A stretch of 64,000 bases of DNA from Granulicatella adiacens (GCA_018364485.1 JAGZLX010000001.1:435-64434), one strand, 5' to 3'; positions 1 through 9,790 are shown, counted from the stretch's first letter. Translations and numbers: made by a program. Notes: generated by a model from the sequence alone, not told the origin.

Positions 1-42
1 GGATGGAAAATGATGCAGCCGGGAGGACGTTAAGGGTGAAAA

Positions 43-378
43 ATGATGGATAAAATTCAAAGAGTTAAAACGATTGTTAGAGAATGGCTACTTGAAAATA
101 GCGATGTTCTAAATACGCATGGCGTTCAGACGGAAATGGTTGCGGATAACGAAGACTATTTAAGGATCATATTGGAAACAGAGGATAGAATGGGAGAAAT
201 CGTCGTGGAGGATGCAGGTTTTGCTCCGTATAATTTCTTTAAAATCGAAGTTGCTCAAATCATTGATGATCGGGCTGAAATCGTAATGGCGTGGTATGAC
301 AAGGATACTACAGGCGATGATGCGTATCGGGAGGCCTTGAAAAACGGCGTAGATGCATTGATACATATAGGAGAATAG
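43..378 (+). CDS. hypothetical small acidic protein (111 aa)
   Basis: Clean ORF with ATG start preceded by a purine-rich stretch (AAGGGTG). No recognisable motif. First member of a co-directional block of small unknown genes at the window edge. Confidence 0.4.
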   Translation: MMDKIQRVKTIVREWLLENSDVLNTHGVQTEMVADNEDYLRIILETEDRMGEIVVEDAGFAPYNFFKIEVAQIIDDRAEIVMAWYDKDTTGDDAYREALKNGVDALIHIGE

Positions 379-389
379 AGGGAAAAAGG

Positions 390-803
390 ATGAAGAAGAA
401 ACTAGCAATCATAGGGACAGTAGCGTTGTTAGGTGTAGGAGCCGTTGCGCTGAGTAATCAAGAGTGGCGTGCGAACACAATCTTTGCGACCGCAAGAGAT
501 AAGCAATTGGCGTGGTTGAAAGAGCATGAGGAAGAGATTGTAGCATGGGTGCATTCAGAGTATCCGAAAATCGAAACAGTCCAGTTTGATTGGAATACAC
601 TAGAAGTAGTCCCTGTAAGCAATGGAGTGTCAATATCCTACTATAATTTGTCTATAAGAGGAAAGTTTAATAATATTCCTGAAACAAGAATAACGGTTGA
701 TTTTCGCTTAAAGGAAGGAAATGATATACCAGATATGAAACATATATTGACCAACAACAAGCCAGGGATTCTTAAAAACGGGACGTTATATAACTACGAG
801 TGA
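390..803 (+). CDS. putative membrane-anchored or secreted protein (137 aa; N-terminal signal/TM MKKKLAIIGTVALLGVGAVALS)
   Basis: Hydrophobic N-terminal segment after a Lys-rich start, and an RBS (GGGAAAAAGGATG). Architecture resembles the small membrane-anchored DUF-type proteins seen in Firmicutes accessory loci; the family is not certain. Confidence 0.4.
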   Translation: MKKKLAIIGTVALLGVGAVALSNQEWRANTIFATARDKQLAWLKEHEEEIVAWVHSEYPKIETVQFDWNTLEVVPVSNGVSISYYNLSIRGKFNNIPETRITVDFRLKEGNDIPDMKHILTNNKPGILKNGTLYNYE

Positions 804-840
804 GTATACGATTCTCGAATTTCAAAAGAGGAGATTATGT

Positions 841-1284
841 ATGGGACGTACGACATTAAAATGGGAAGATGTAATCCAGTTTGAGGAAGTAAAAGGCTAT
901 GGCCAGCAAATTTGGAGAGATGGCGATAAACTTTATTACGTTACTGAAGAAGGAGGAATAGCTCCTCAGCGGGTGGTTTATGAATTACCGAATGAGTTAT
1001 TTGCCTTATTAGAGGATGGGGAGAGAACGTTACACGAAATATCTTTTAAGATAAAAAATGATTGTTGGCCACCGACGGAAGAAGAAAAATTGATTAGCCA
1101 AAGAAATTTTATACGAAAGTATCCTACCTCTTTGATTGATTTCCCAGAGAATAGAGAACTGTTTTCTCAAGAAGAACTTGAAGAATTGATTCCGATTGCG
1201 GAGAAGATTCGGATTGAATCGAAAGGGAAATTGCCGTGGAATTATGTATCTCCACTAGAAAAGGAGAATAATTCAAGAAAATGA
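841..1284 (+). CDS. hypothetical protein (147 aa)
   Basis: ORF with a good SD (AAAGAGGAG, 8 nt before ATG); no known motif recognised. Confidence 0.4.
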   Translation: MGRTTLKWEDVIQFEEVKGYGQQIWRDGDKLYYVTEEGGIAPQRVVYELPNELFALLEDGERTLHEISFKIKNDCWPPTEEEKLISQRNFIRKYPTSLIDFPENRELFSQEELEELIPIAEKIRIESKGKLPWNYVSPLEKENNSRK

Positions 1285-1377
1285 GAAGAGTGTATATTTT
1301 TAAATAAGAAGTATAGGGGAGCGTCAACTTATTTTTTAGATCAATGTTGTTAATTCCTAATTGAATGGAGGAGTACA

Positions 1378-1722
1378 ATGATTAATAATAGTGATTTTGG
1401 TGGTTTTATTGTTTCGAACAATATTCTTGAAGGTAAGCCAATTCGATATACTTTTCGTGAACAATCTTCCATCCCTCCATTGAACGGATGGAATCTATTA
1501 TCCATTGAAGATGATGAAGAGTATCTTTCAGATGCAGCCAATTTCAAAATTCTAGGAGCTGATTCGATTTATGAGATTGCTCCAGTAATGCTTGAGATTT
1601 TCGAAGCACCGTATGGGACAGATTTATGTTGGCTATATGAAGAAGGTGTTCATGTTGGCTTTTACGATTTAGTCGAAGAGAGAGAAACTACGATAGAAGA
1701 AATTTTATCTTCAGCAAAATAA
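1378..1722 (+). CDS. hypothetical protein (114 aa)
   Basis: ORF with SD GGAGGAG 6 nt upstream of ATG; acidic small protein, no known motif. Confidence 0.4.
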   Translation: MINNSDFGGFIVSNNILEGKPIRYTFREQSSIPPLNGWNLLSIEDDEEYLSDAANFKILGADSIYEIAPVMLEIFEAPYGTDLCWLYEEGVHVGFYDLVEERETTIEEILSSAK

Positions 1723-1750
1723 AAAATTTTTATGTTGGAGGGAATTAGAT

Positions 1751-2620
1751 TTGTTTACAGGAGTAACGATTTATTTTAATAAAGATCTAGGGTATATTTT
1801 TGGGGCCCATTCAAAACAAGAGGGGACGAATGCACCAGTTATTGTGCCACCAGTTTTACGTGTTGAAAAAGGCTGTACGGATCAAAGAATCATTGAAAGC
1901 ATTACTGCAGCACTGGAGATTTCTAAGAAAACACCTCTTTACACAGGCGATTTATATGAATTTTGGACAGAATTGGGATGCAAGACTTTTAAAGCTTTTA
2001 GCAAAAAGTTCACTTCTGTCAAAATCTTTTTACGTGGTGATGTATGTAGAGTGCAAGGGTTGAAGTTGGCGACCAAAACAGGTGGGTATGTAGCAGATAA
2101 AGAGGCTGTATTCGAATGCCCTGTGACAGAACTTCATGCACATCTTTCTGAAATTAAGAGACTGTTATCTGTTGAAGAAGTACTGCCGAGTGCGGCACAG
2201 TTCTTGACACTTTCTGGAGCAAAGGTGACTTATACGCCACTGTCTGATGAATATAACGATTTAGGAGATGGCCATACGGATGCGTATCAAATCTTTGCAG
2301 ATACTCATAATAAAAATAACGTTTTATCATTCATGATTGATAGTGGGTATGCAAGTTTTAGTAAAGCAGATATCAAGTCGGCGTTTACGAAATATTATGG
2401 CGAACTGTTGGAGTTTCGTTTTGAAGAGTTTACAGATCGCATTTACCTCTATAAAATTTCAGCAAAGACGAGTAATCGGATGATTGTTTCTTATCTTTTT
2501 GAAGAGCAAGATGCGTTATTAGAAGTGTTATATCAAATAGAGTTGAACGTATCTCATGAAGAATTCAGTAGAGTCCAACGAGATTTTGAGCAATTAGTGA
2601 GCTCTATCAGAATTAATTAA
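1751..2620 (+). CDS. hypothetical protein (289 aa), probable TTG start
   Basis: Long ORF starting at TTG with SD TTGGAGGG 7 nt upstream. No recognisable catalytic motif. Followed by a rho-independent terminator. Confidence 0.4.
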   Translation: MFTGVTIYFNKDLGYIFGAHSKQEGTNAPVIVPPVLRVEKGCTDQRIIESITAALEISKKTPLYTGDLYEFWTELGCKTFKAFSKKFTSVKIFLRGDVCRVQGLKLATKTGGYVADKEAVFECPVTELHAHLSEIKRLLSVEEVLPSAAQFLTLSGAKVTYTPLSDEYNDLGDGHTDAYQIFADTHNKNNVLSFMIDSGYASFSKADIKSAFTKYYGELLEFRFEEFTDRIYLYKISAKTSNRMIVSYLFEEQDALLEVLYQIELNVSHEEFSRVQRDFEQLVSSIRIN

Positions 2621-2633
2621 ATAGATTACGCCC

Positions 2634-2676
2634 AAACTCAAGCTGGCAGAATCGCTGTTGGCTTGAGTTTTTTATT
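2634..2676 (+). terminator. rho-independent terminator after the 289-aa ORF
   Basis: Stem aaactcaagc / gcttgagttt followed by a T-run. Confidence 0.6.
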
Positions 2677-2701
2677 CAAAAAAATTTTTTAAGCTTTCCT
2701 G

Positions 2702-2752
2702 TTGACATTTGTAGATTACTGGTGTAAACTAACAATGTAAATTACAAATGTA
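2702..2752 (+). promoter_or_regulatory. copA promoter (TTGACA-N17-TAAACT) with cop box TACAAATGTA (CopY/CopR-type operator)
   Basis: -35 TTGACA at 2702-2707, -10 TAAACT at 2725-2730. A perfect TACAnnTGTA cop box at 2743-2752 lies immediately upstream of copA. Confidence 0.6.
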
Positions 2753-2762
2753 AACGAAAGCG

Positions 2763-5015
2763 GTGAAAGTGATGAGCAAACAAAAAGAGTACATTATTGA
2801 AGGAATGAGTTGTGCTTCATGTGCCATGACGATCGAGAATGCCGTCAGCAAAATTCCTGGCGTTGATAAAGCCAGCGTTAACTTGGCAACCGAGATCATG
2901 ACTGTTGAAGCAAACGATAGCGTAACCCCTGAAGAAATCGCCAAAGTGGTCGATGGTGTGGGATACAGCGCTCGTCCTCGTGGCAAATCAGTGGAAGAAG
3001 AACTCGAAGAAAAGAACGAAAAGAAAGAAGCGCACTTAAGAGAAATGAAGCGGAACCTAACCATTTCAGCGATTTTCACCGTGCCACTTCTCTTTATCGC
3101 AATGGCGGATATGGTTGGAATTCCAATGCCAGCCTTTCTAAGCCCAATGCAAAGTCCAGTTAGCTACGCGTTGATTCAATTGGCGCTTGTTCTCCCAATT
3201 GTCTGGATTGGACGTCGTTTCTTCGTGGATGGATTTAAGGCCTTGTCAAAAGGACATCCGAACATGGACAGCTTAGTCGCACTTGGCACAAGCGCTGCGT
3301 TCCTTTATAGCCTTTACGGAACGTACCACGTATTAGAAGGTCACGCGCATTTTGCGATGAACCTTTACTACGAATCAGCCGGCGTTATTTTAACCTTAAT
3401 CACACTTGGAAAATACTTCGAAGACGTGTCAAAAGGGAAAACATCCATGGCGATTCAAACGCTCGTAGGACTTGCTCCTAAAATGGCGACTGTTTTACGA
3501 GACGGACAAGAAGTAGAAGTTCCTGTAGAAGAAGTGCAAGTGGGCGACCTCATTCGTGTCAAACCGGGTGAAAAAGTTCCAGTCGATGGCATTGTGACAG
3601 AAGGAAACTCAACTGTTGACGAATCGATGTTAACAGGGGAAAGTATTCCAGTATCGAAAGCAGTTGGCGATGAAGTGATTGGGGCAAGTTTAAACAAGAC
3701 AGGTTCTTTCATTCTAAAAGCAACAAAAATCGGGAAAGACACAGCCCTTTCTCAAATCATTCAGTTAGTCGAACAAGCACAAGGATCCAAAGCACCGATT
3801 GCCAAACTGGCCGACAAGGTTTCTGGAGTATTCGTTCCAATCGTAATCGTCTTGGCTCTTGTTTCTGGACTTGCTTGGTATTTCCTTGGACAAGAATCAT
3901 GGGTATTTGCCCTTACGATTACCATCTCAGTGCTCGTTATCGCCTGCCCATGTGCGTTAGGGCTTGCGACACCAACTGCTATCATGGTTGGGACTGGTAA
4001 AGGGGCCGAAAACGGAATCCTTCTTAAGAGTGGGGAAGCGTTGGAAGAAGCCAACCACGTGAATATGGTTGTTTTCGACAAAACAGGAACTATTACAAAC
4101 GGAACTCCTGTGGTCACAGATGTGGTCACTGCCGATTCTACCGATGCAGATGCCCTCATTCGCCTAGCTGCCAGCCTTGAAGTAGCGTCCGAACACCCTC
4201 TTGGCGAAGCGATTGTTGCCAAAGCCAAAGAACAAGGGGCTGCATTTGATGAAGTGACGAACTTCGAAGCCATTCCTGGTTTCGGGATTAAAGGTCACGT
4301 GGGTGAAACGCTCGTCTTCCTTGGTAATGAAAAATGGATGCGTGAAAATGGTCTTGCCAATGTTGAGATGAACGACAAAGCCAATCATTTTGCCGAACAA
4401 GGAAAAACACCGCTCTATATTGGCTATAACGATGCCGTACAAGGGCTGATTGTTGTAGCGGATACTGTTAAAGAAAGCAGCGCGCGTGCCATCCAAACCC
4501 TACATGAAATGGGCATTCAAGTCGCTATGATGACAGGGGACCACGAACGAACTGCACAAGCGATTGCTGCTGAAGTGGGGATTGACCGCGTATTTAGTGA
4601 AGTTTTACCGCAAGATAAGGCGAATTATGTCTCAAAATTACAAGAAGAAGGCTATATTGTGGCGATGGTGGGAGATGGTATCAATGATGCCCCAGCGCTT
4701 GCACAAGCACAAGTCGGTATCGCAATCGGTACCGGAACAGACGTAGCCATCGAATCTGCAGACGCCGTCTTAATGAAGAGCGACTTGATGGATGTACCAG
4801 CGATGTTAAAACTTAGCCGTGCAACCATCCGTAATATTAAAGAAAATCTATTTTGGGCATTTGCCTACAACGTTATCGGAATTCCATTTGCGATGGGAGT
4901 TCTTCACCTATTTGGCGGACCACTCCTCAACCCAATGATTGCCGGAGCCGCAATGAGCTTCAGTTCCGTATCCGTTGTCCTCAACGCCCTTAGATTAAAA
5001 CGCTGGAAAGCATAA
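2763..5015 (+). CDS. copA: copper-translocating P1B-type ATPase CopA
   Basis: N-terminal HMA domain ([12 protein letters not shown]), CPC transmembrane motif ([11 protein letters not shown]), DKTGTIT phosphorylation motif, GDGINDAP hinge. 750 aa. The first ATG at 2772 is an alternative start. Confidence 0.95.
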   Translation: MKVMSKQKEYIIEGMSCASCAMTIENAVSKIPGVDKASVNLATEIMTVEANDSVTPEEIAKVVDGVGYSARPRGKSVEEELEEKNEKKEAHLREMKRNLTISAIFTVPLLFIAMADMVGIPMPAFLSPMQSPVSYALIQLALVLPIVWIGRRFFVDGFKALSKGHPNMDSLVALGTSAAFLYSLYGTYHVLEGHAHFAMNLYYESAGVILTLITLGKYFEDVSKGKTSMAIQTLVGLAPKMATVLRDGQEVEVPVEEVQVGDLIRVKPGEKVPVDGIVTEGNSTVDESMLTGESIPVSKAVGDEVIGASLNKTGSFILKATKIGKDTALSQIIQLVEQAQGSKAPIAKLADKVSGVFVPIVIVLALVSGLAWYFLGQESWVFALTITISVLVIACPCALGLATPTAIMVGTGKGAENGILLKSGEALEEANHVNMVVFDKTGTITNGTPVVTDVVTADSTDADALIRLAASLEVASEHPLGEAIVAKAKEQGAAFDEVTNFEAIPGFGIKGHVGETLVFLGNEKWMRENGLANVEMNDKANHFAEQGKTPLYIGYNDAVQGLIVVADTVKESSARAIQTLHEMGIQVAMMTGDHERTAQAIAAEVGIDRVFSEVLPQDKANYVSKLQEEGYIVAMVGDGINDAPALAQAQVGIAIGTGTDVAIESADAVLMKSDLMDVPAMLKLSRATIRNIKENLFWAFAYNVIGIPFAMGVLHLFGGPLLNPMIAGAAMSFSSVSVVLNALRLKRWKA

Positions 5016-5032
5016 CTATAAAGGAGAGATTT

Positions 5033-5233
5033 ATGATGAAAAAAGAATACAATTTAGAAGGAATCACATGCGCAGGATGTGCCAACACAGTGAAAGAACG
5101 TTTCTCAAGCGTACCAGGCGTAACAAACGTTGAAGTCAGCTTAGAAAACAAAGTAGCTACAGTCGAAGGAGACGCAAGCGTCGACGCATTACAAGCATCT
5201 CTTGAAGGCACAAAATACAGCATCAAAAAATAA
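5033..5233 (+). CDS. copZ: copper chaperone CopZ (HMA domain, 66 aa)
   Basis: MxCxxC motif (GITCAGCANTV) and ferredoxin-like HMA length; sits directly downstream of copA. Confidence 0.85.
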   Translation: MMKKEYNLEGITCAGCANTVKERFSSVPGVTNVEVSLENKVATVEGDASVDALQASLEGTKYSIKK

Positions 5234-5243
5234 TCAACCCCAA

Positions 5244-5276
5244 AAAGGCCGAGCGATTTCGCCCGGCCTTTTTTCT
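5244..5276 (+). terminator. rho-independent terminator of copA-copZ
   Basis: GGCCGAGCgatttcGCCCGGCC hairpin followed by TTTTTT. Confidence 0.7.
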
Positions 5277-5289
5277 ATCTTTCATCCTT

Positions 5290-5446
5290 CCTCTACAATC
5301 CATGGTTAGTAGAAGTAAATAAAGTAGAGCGTTGCGAAAAAACACCTAGGATTTTTTTAGCATTTTCCACTTTGTCCTCTCTTTTTCCTGCCTTTCATGG
5401 TTAGAAGAAGTAAAAAAAGTAGAGCGTTGCGAACAACACCAATTGT
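5290..5446. repeat. tandem direct repeat: two copies of a ~47-nt unit, period ~95 nt
   Basis: Unit catggttag(t/a)agaagtaaa(t/a)aaagtagagcgttgcgaa(a/c)aacacc occurs at 5301-5346 and 5396-5440. Each copy is preceded by a ctttc-containing pyrimidine stretch. Confidence 0.6.
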
Positions 5447-5630
5447 GGTTTCAAAGAATCTTGCGGATTCTATAGTAATAGTGATGGGAGTTTGCATTAA
5501 AATGAATTAGGGGACGTAGGAATAAAATTCCGTACGTCCCCTTTGAGGCTTTAAAGGCGAGAGACCTTAGACTCGAGCCGGTGCCTCATCACTATTACTA
5601 TGAAGATATCCGCAAGGATTTGAAGAAACC
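5447..5630. repeat. palindromic MITE-like intergenic repeat, copy 1
   Basis: Terminal inverted repeats ggtttcaaagaatcttgcggattctatagtaatagtgatgg / ccatcactattactatgaagatatccgcaaggatttgaagaaacc. Internal hairpin modules (aggggacgta...tacgtcccct; cgagagacc...ggctcg...ccggtgc) are shared with the other copies. Confidence 0.8.
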
Positions 5631-5683
5631 ACAGCGGTTATCAGGTGTTTCAAGAGCAACGCTCTTTAACTTATTTATTTAAT

Positions 5684-6517
5684 TTATTTTACTTCAACAC
5701 GATCTAACCATGGAGTTGCAGTTTCATCTAAAACAACATTAAGGTCCTCGATGTTCTTACGTCCTTGGTTTGCCAACCACGCACGACCAGCTTCTTCCCC
5801 TTCAGTCGCAAACACCGCTACAGAATCTTTCCATGTTGCACGACCACATAACACACCATTGAAAGTAGAACCAGCTTCTTTCGCAAAGCGTAGTGTTTCT
5901 TGGAATAATTCAGCAGAAACACCAGCACTTAAGAAGATGAATGGTAGGTCAGTAATTTCAGATTGTTCTTTGAATAAACGTAATGCTTCTTCGCGAGTAT
6001 ACACAGGTTCAACGCCTTCTTTAGTGAAGCCTTCTACGAAGTTCATGTTTACTGGAACTTCTACTTTTAATACATCAACATTGTAACGTGGGTCAGAGAA
6101 GACTTTCATTGCGTCGTTTACTTTATGAGGTTTTACTTTTGCGTATGCCGCTGATTTCACATCGTCGTCACTTGCTTCGTAAGAAACGATTTCTAAGAAG
6201 AATGGAATATCTTCTGCCACACATTCGCTACCAACACGTTCTACCCATGCATGTTTGATGTCGTTGATTGCTGGATCTTCGTCAATATCATAGTATAAAA
6301 GAACTTTAACAGCGTCAGCGCCTAATTCTTTAATACGTTTTGCAGACCAGATTGGAAGTAAGTCTGGTAAGCGGCCGATTTCTGTTGCGTCGTAACCAGT
6401 TTTTTCGTAAGAGATTAAAAGTCCGCAGTCTTCGTGGCGTAATTTTGCAGCTGGAAGACCGTATTCAGGGTCTAAAAGAATTGAAGAAGAGAATTTTGTT
6501 AATACTAATTTTGACAT
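5684..6517 (-). CDS. lacD: tagatose-1,6-bisphosphate aldolase, LacD (class I) family, short form (277 aa)
   Basis: Strong similarity to LacD over the whole ORF ([37 protein letters not shown] with the Schiff-base Lys, [11 protein letters not shown]). It lacks about 50 N-terminal residues relative to the canonical 326-aa LacD, but has a good SD (AAAGGAG) and an in-frame stop four codons upstream. Confidence 0.75.
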   Translation of the reverse strand: MSKLVLTKFSSSILLDPEYGLPAAKLRHEDCGLLISYEKTGYDATEIGRLPDLLPIWSAKRIKELGADAVKVLLYYDIDEDPAINDIKHAWVERVGSECVAEDIPFFLEIVSYEASDDDVKSAAYAKVKPHKVNDAMKVFSDPRYNVDVLKVEVPVNMNFVEGFTKEGVEPVYTREEALRLFKEQSEITDLPFIFLSAGVSAELFQETLRFAKEAGSTFNGVLCGRATWKDSVAVFATEGEEAGRAWLANQGRKNIEDLNVVLDETATPWLDRVEVK

Positions 6518-6547
6518 AATAACACTCCTTTAGTTGTTTTTATTTTA

Positions 6548-7720
6548 TTAAGCTTCGAAATAAGGCTTACCGTCTAAGTAAGTCGCTTTGAGTTGTAAAT
6601 CATCGTCTAATACGATGAAGTCCGCTGCGTACCCTGGGTCGATGCGTCCGCAAACGTCGTCGATACCGACTGATTTTGCAGGAACAAGGCTAGCCATTGT
6701 AAGAGCTTCGTGTGGAGTCGCAATGCCCCATTTCACAACATTTTGAACCCCTTGGATGAGTTCTAGGATACTTCCAGCAAGGCTACCGCCGTCCTTCAAG
6801 CGAGCCGTACCGTCTTTTACGATAACAGGGAATTCTCCAAGCATCGATTCGCATTCGCCCATACCGCCCGCACGCATGCAGTCTGTAATAAGGGCTACAT
6901 GGTCGTGACCGCAACATTTCATGACGATACTTGCGCTCACTGGGTGGACGTGGTGACCGTCACAGATGAGTTCGTCGAATACGTTTGGCAATGTGAGTGC
7001 CGCGCCGACAACACCTGGTTCGCGGTGATGTAAGCCACGCATTCCGTTGTAAGTGTGAACGAAGATATTCGCACCGGCTTCAACGGCGTTTTTGCAATCT
7101 TCGTAAGTGGCATCTGTATGTGCAAGAGCGACATAGATGTCTTTTGTTTTCGCGTGTTTGATGAAATCAACAGCACCTTCACGTTCAGGCGCAATCGCGA
7201 TTTTCTTCACCCAACCGCCAGCGCGTTCTTGCCATTCATCCAAGATTTCAGATTTAGGGTCGCCCATGTATTTAGGGTTTTGCGCGCCTTTGTATTTTTC
7301 ACTAAAGAATGGACCTTCTAGGAAAATCCCTCTGATTTTAGCGCCGCCAAGTGTTGTGGCGTTATCGCCGACTGTTTGGCAGACATCCGCTAATAATTCG
7401 CGAGATGCGGTTAAAGTTGTTGGTAAGTAAGAAGTAACCCCGCATGAAGGAAGTCCTTCTGAAATGGTACGAAGTGCTTCTACGTCGTTATCCATAACGT
7501 CAGCGCCTTTGAATCCGTGAATATGGGTATCCACAAGACCTGGGGCAATTTGATAGTTGCCGTAGTCGATGACGCTAGCGCCGCTTTCTGGTTTTTCAGT
7601 TTGGAAGGCTCCGAAAGTTCCATTATCTAAAATCGGTAAGTACCCTGGACCTTTCACTTCGTCTTCAAAATAAAATGCTTTGGCATAAATATAAGTTGTC
7701 ATAGGATCATCTCTTTTCAA
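6548..7720 (-). CDS. agaA: N-acetylgalactosamine/N-acetylglucosamine-6-phosphate deacetylase (NagA/AgaA family)
   Basis: Amidohydrolase motifs (GLVDTHIHG, HTDATYED, DGHHVHP); 390 aa; located between agaS and the aldolase. Confidence 0.85.
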   Translation of the reverse strand: MKRDDPMTTYIYAKAFYFEDEVKGPGYLPILDNGTFGAFQTEKPESGASVIDYGNYQIAPGLVDTHIHGFKGADVMDNDVEALRTISEGLPSCGVTSYLPTTLTASRELLADVCQTVGDNATTLGGAKIRGIFLEGPFFSEKYKGAQNPKYMGDPKSEILDEWQERAGGWVKKIAIAPEREGAVDFIKHAKTKDIYVALAHTDATYEDCKNAVEAGANIFVHTYNGMRGLHHREPGVVGAALTLPNVFDELICDGHHVHPVSASIVMKCCGHDHVALITDCMRAGGMGECESMLGEFPVIVKDGTARLKDGGSLAGSILELIQGVQNVVKWGIATPHEALTMASLVPAKSVGIDDVCGRIDPGYAADFIVLDDDLQLKATYLDGKPYFEA

Positions 7721-7729
7721 TTAAGTTAT

Positions 7730-8908
7730 TTATGCTTCTAATGGGTGAATCGTTACTCCTTTAACGACACGGTTTACAGTGCCTGTTGGTGAAGGAGTGT
7801 CTGGTTTGTTTCCAACTTTGATAGAAGAAAGTAGAGAAACAGTTTGTCCAAATACTGCATATGGAAGTGCAAGGTAAGCATCTGGAACGAAACGATATTC
7901 TTTATCGAAGTTGAATGATAGACCTTCAAAGTCACTTTCTGCGTCCACTCCAACCGCAAGAACAAGGCGTGCGATTTGGTCGCCATGTAATTCGTTTAAG
8001 ATATCGATGTCGTATTGACGAGTATAGTCGTCGTTCGATACGAATACGAAGGCTAGAGAAGAGCCGTTTACAAATGATTTAGGACCGTGACGGAATCCCA
8101 TTGAAGAATCGAAGGCTGTTGCGATTTGACCAGCTGTCAATTCAAGAATTTTCAATTGAACTTCGCGAGCAAGGCCGCTGAGAGAACCAGAACCTAAGTA
8201 AATCACGCGGTTGTAGTCTAAGTTCACGTAATGTTGAATCACGTCTTCACGTTCTAGAACGCTTGTACCCATTTGACGGATGGCTTTCACGAAGCCTTCT
8301 TTTTCTTCAAGTGAGTGAGCTTTGTCGAATACAAGAAGCGCTGTAAGAGTCATACATGTGAAGCTTCCTGTCATCGCAAAACCAGCGTCGTTAGAGCGGT
8401 CTGGCATCATTAAGAGTAAGTTGTTTGTGTCGTCTTTAGCAGCAATGGCTAATTTTCCTTCTGGCGCACAAGTAATCGTGATTTGATAGAAGTCGCGCAC
8501 GATTTGTTGGCCAAGTTGCACGCTGGCAAGACTTTCTGGTGAGTTACCGCTACGTGCAAATGAAACAAGCACTGTAGGAATTTCTGCTTTGAAGTAGTCA
8601 TGTGGATTACTTACAAGGTTTGTTGTTCCGACTGATTGGAAATCAAAACGATCTTCATTTCCTGTACGTTTTAAGTAAGGAAGAATCGTATCTCCCACAT
8701 ATTGTGATGTACCCGCACCTGCGAAAATCACGCGAAGGCGACCTTCAGGTAAGTTATCTAAGAAAGCAGTAATGCGTTCTAAGTTTGCTTTGTAGTAATC
8801 AAAAGCTTCTTTCCACAATTCTGGTTGTTGGCGAATTTCACGCGTGGTAATCTCTGCAGATAAAGCTTCTAATTGACTTGTTGAAAATTGAAACATAATA
8901 CCCTCCAA
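7730..8908 (-). CDS. agaS: SIS-domain sugar isomerase/deaminase AgaS (galactosamine-6-P to tagatose-6-P)
   Basis: Two SIS domains, about 390 aa, N-terminal motif (TTREIRQQPELW...VIFAGAGTSQYVG) typical of AgaS/GlmS-like isomerases. Confidence 0.85.
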   Translation of the reverse strand: MEGIMFQFSTSQLEALSAEITTREIRQQPELWKEAFDYYKANLERITAFLDNLPEGRLRVIFAGAGTSQYVGDTILPYLKRTGNEDRFDFQSVGTTNLVSNPHDYFKAEIPTVLVSFARSGNSPESLASVQLGQQIVRDFYQITITCAPEGKLAIAAKDDTNNLLLMMPDRSNDAGFAMTGSFTCMTLTALLVFDKAHSLEEKEGFVKAIRQMGTSVLEREDVIQHYVNLDYNRVIYLGSGSLSGLAREVQLKILELTAGQIATAFDSSMGFRHGPKSFVNGSSLAFVFVSNDDYTRQYDIDILNELHGDQIARLVLAVGVDAESDFEGLSFNFDKEYRFVPDAYLALPYAVFGQTVSLLSSIKVGNKPDTPSPTGTVNRVVKGVTIHPLEA

Positions 8909-8916
8909 ATATTTTT

Positions 8917-9645
8917 TTAGTTGTTTGTGCGATAGTGTCTTACTTTGTAGAAGAATTGGTCGCTTCTGGCAACACTGATCGTATATTCGATGATGCGATT
9001 TTCAGGATTTAATGTGGTTCGCATAAACCGTAAACAAGCGCTGTGCGGATCCACATCCAAGACTTCCGCTTCTTCCGGCGTGAGAATGCTCGCTGAGAAT
9101 TCTTCGTCGGCGTAGTGGATTTGCTGATTAAAATCATTCGCAAACACTTCATATAAAGATTGGCCTTCTAACTGGGTCTTCGTTAAGGTTTTGAAGACGT
9201 CGTATGGTAAGAAAGTTGTTTCTTTCATGAGTGGAATGCCATCTGCATACCGAATGCGTTTCAGACGAAAGAGCTTGTCACCAGCTTCGATTCCAACAAG
9301 TGGAGCGATAAATTCATCGGCTTCGTAACAATCCAGCGAAGTAATTTTCGTGGAAGGGACCTTGCCGAGTTCCTTCATCTGTTCCGTGAAACTGTAGCCT
9401 TCCAGCAAGTTTTGGCGTTCTTTCCATTGCGTTGAAATGAACGTGCCTTTTCCATGACGCTTATAAATATATCCAAGCGTCTCCAATTCCTTCAGCGCTG
9501 TTCGAACGGTGGTGCGACTGACATTATAGACTTTTGTAATTTCGCGCTCCGAAAGCATTTTTTCGTGTGCTTTTCCCTTGGTCTTAATGAAGTCGATCAA
9601 CGCTAAACTCAGTGTTGAGTAGAGTGGAGAAGGTTTGGCTACCAT
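8917..9645 (-). CDS. GntR/HutC-family transcriptional regulator (UTRA effector domain)
   Basis: N-terminal wHTH (LSEREITKVYNVSRTTVRTALKELETLGYIY) and a C-terminal UTRA domain. First gene of the aga-like operon. Confidence 0.85.
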   Translation of the reverse strand: MVAKPSPLYSTLSLALIDFIKTKGKAHEKMLSEREITKVYNVSRTTVRTALKELETLGYIYKRHGKGTFISTQWKERQNLLEGYSFTEQMKELGKVPSTKITSLDCYEADEFIAPLVGIEAGDKLFRLKRIRYADGIPLMKETTFLPYDVFKTLTKTQLEGQSLYEVFANDFNQQIHYADEEFSASILTPEEAEVLDVDPHSACLRFMRTTLNPENRIIEYTISVARSDQFFYKVRHYRTNN

Positions 9646-9680
9646 ATCGGTTCCTCCTTTCGTAAAAAACTCTTCTACAA

Positions 9681-9694
9681 CTGGTCACTACCAG
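9681..9694. promoter_or_regulatory. candidate GntR-type operator (CTGGT-cact-ACCAG palindrome) in the aga-operon promoter region
   Basis: Perfect 5-bp inverted repeat with a GT...AC core, about 35 nt upstream of the GntR regulator start. Confidence 0.25.
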
Positions 9695-9790
9695 TTAATA
9701 CCATTGTAAGTTTTTTTAGTGCTTTCGTCAATAGCGTTTGCCGAAAAATAGAGGGATTCTGAGGATTTTCAACTGAATTTCAGGAAATAG

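Noticed and set aside
3455-4496. Three antisense ORFs (95, 170 and 110 aa) on the minus strand inside copA
   Set aside because: They are fully embedded in a highly conserved P-type ATPase reading frame and have no RBS. They are an artefact of copA codon composition.
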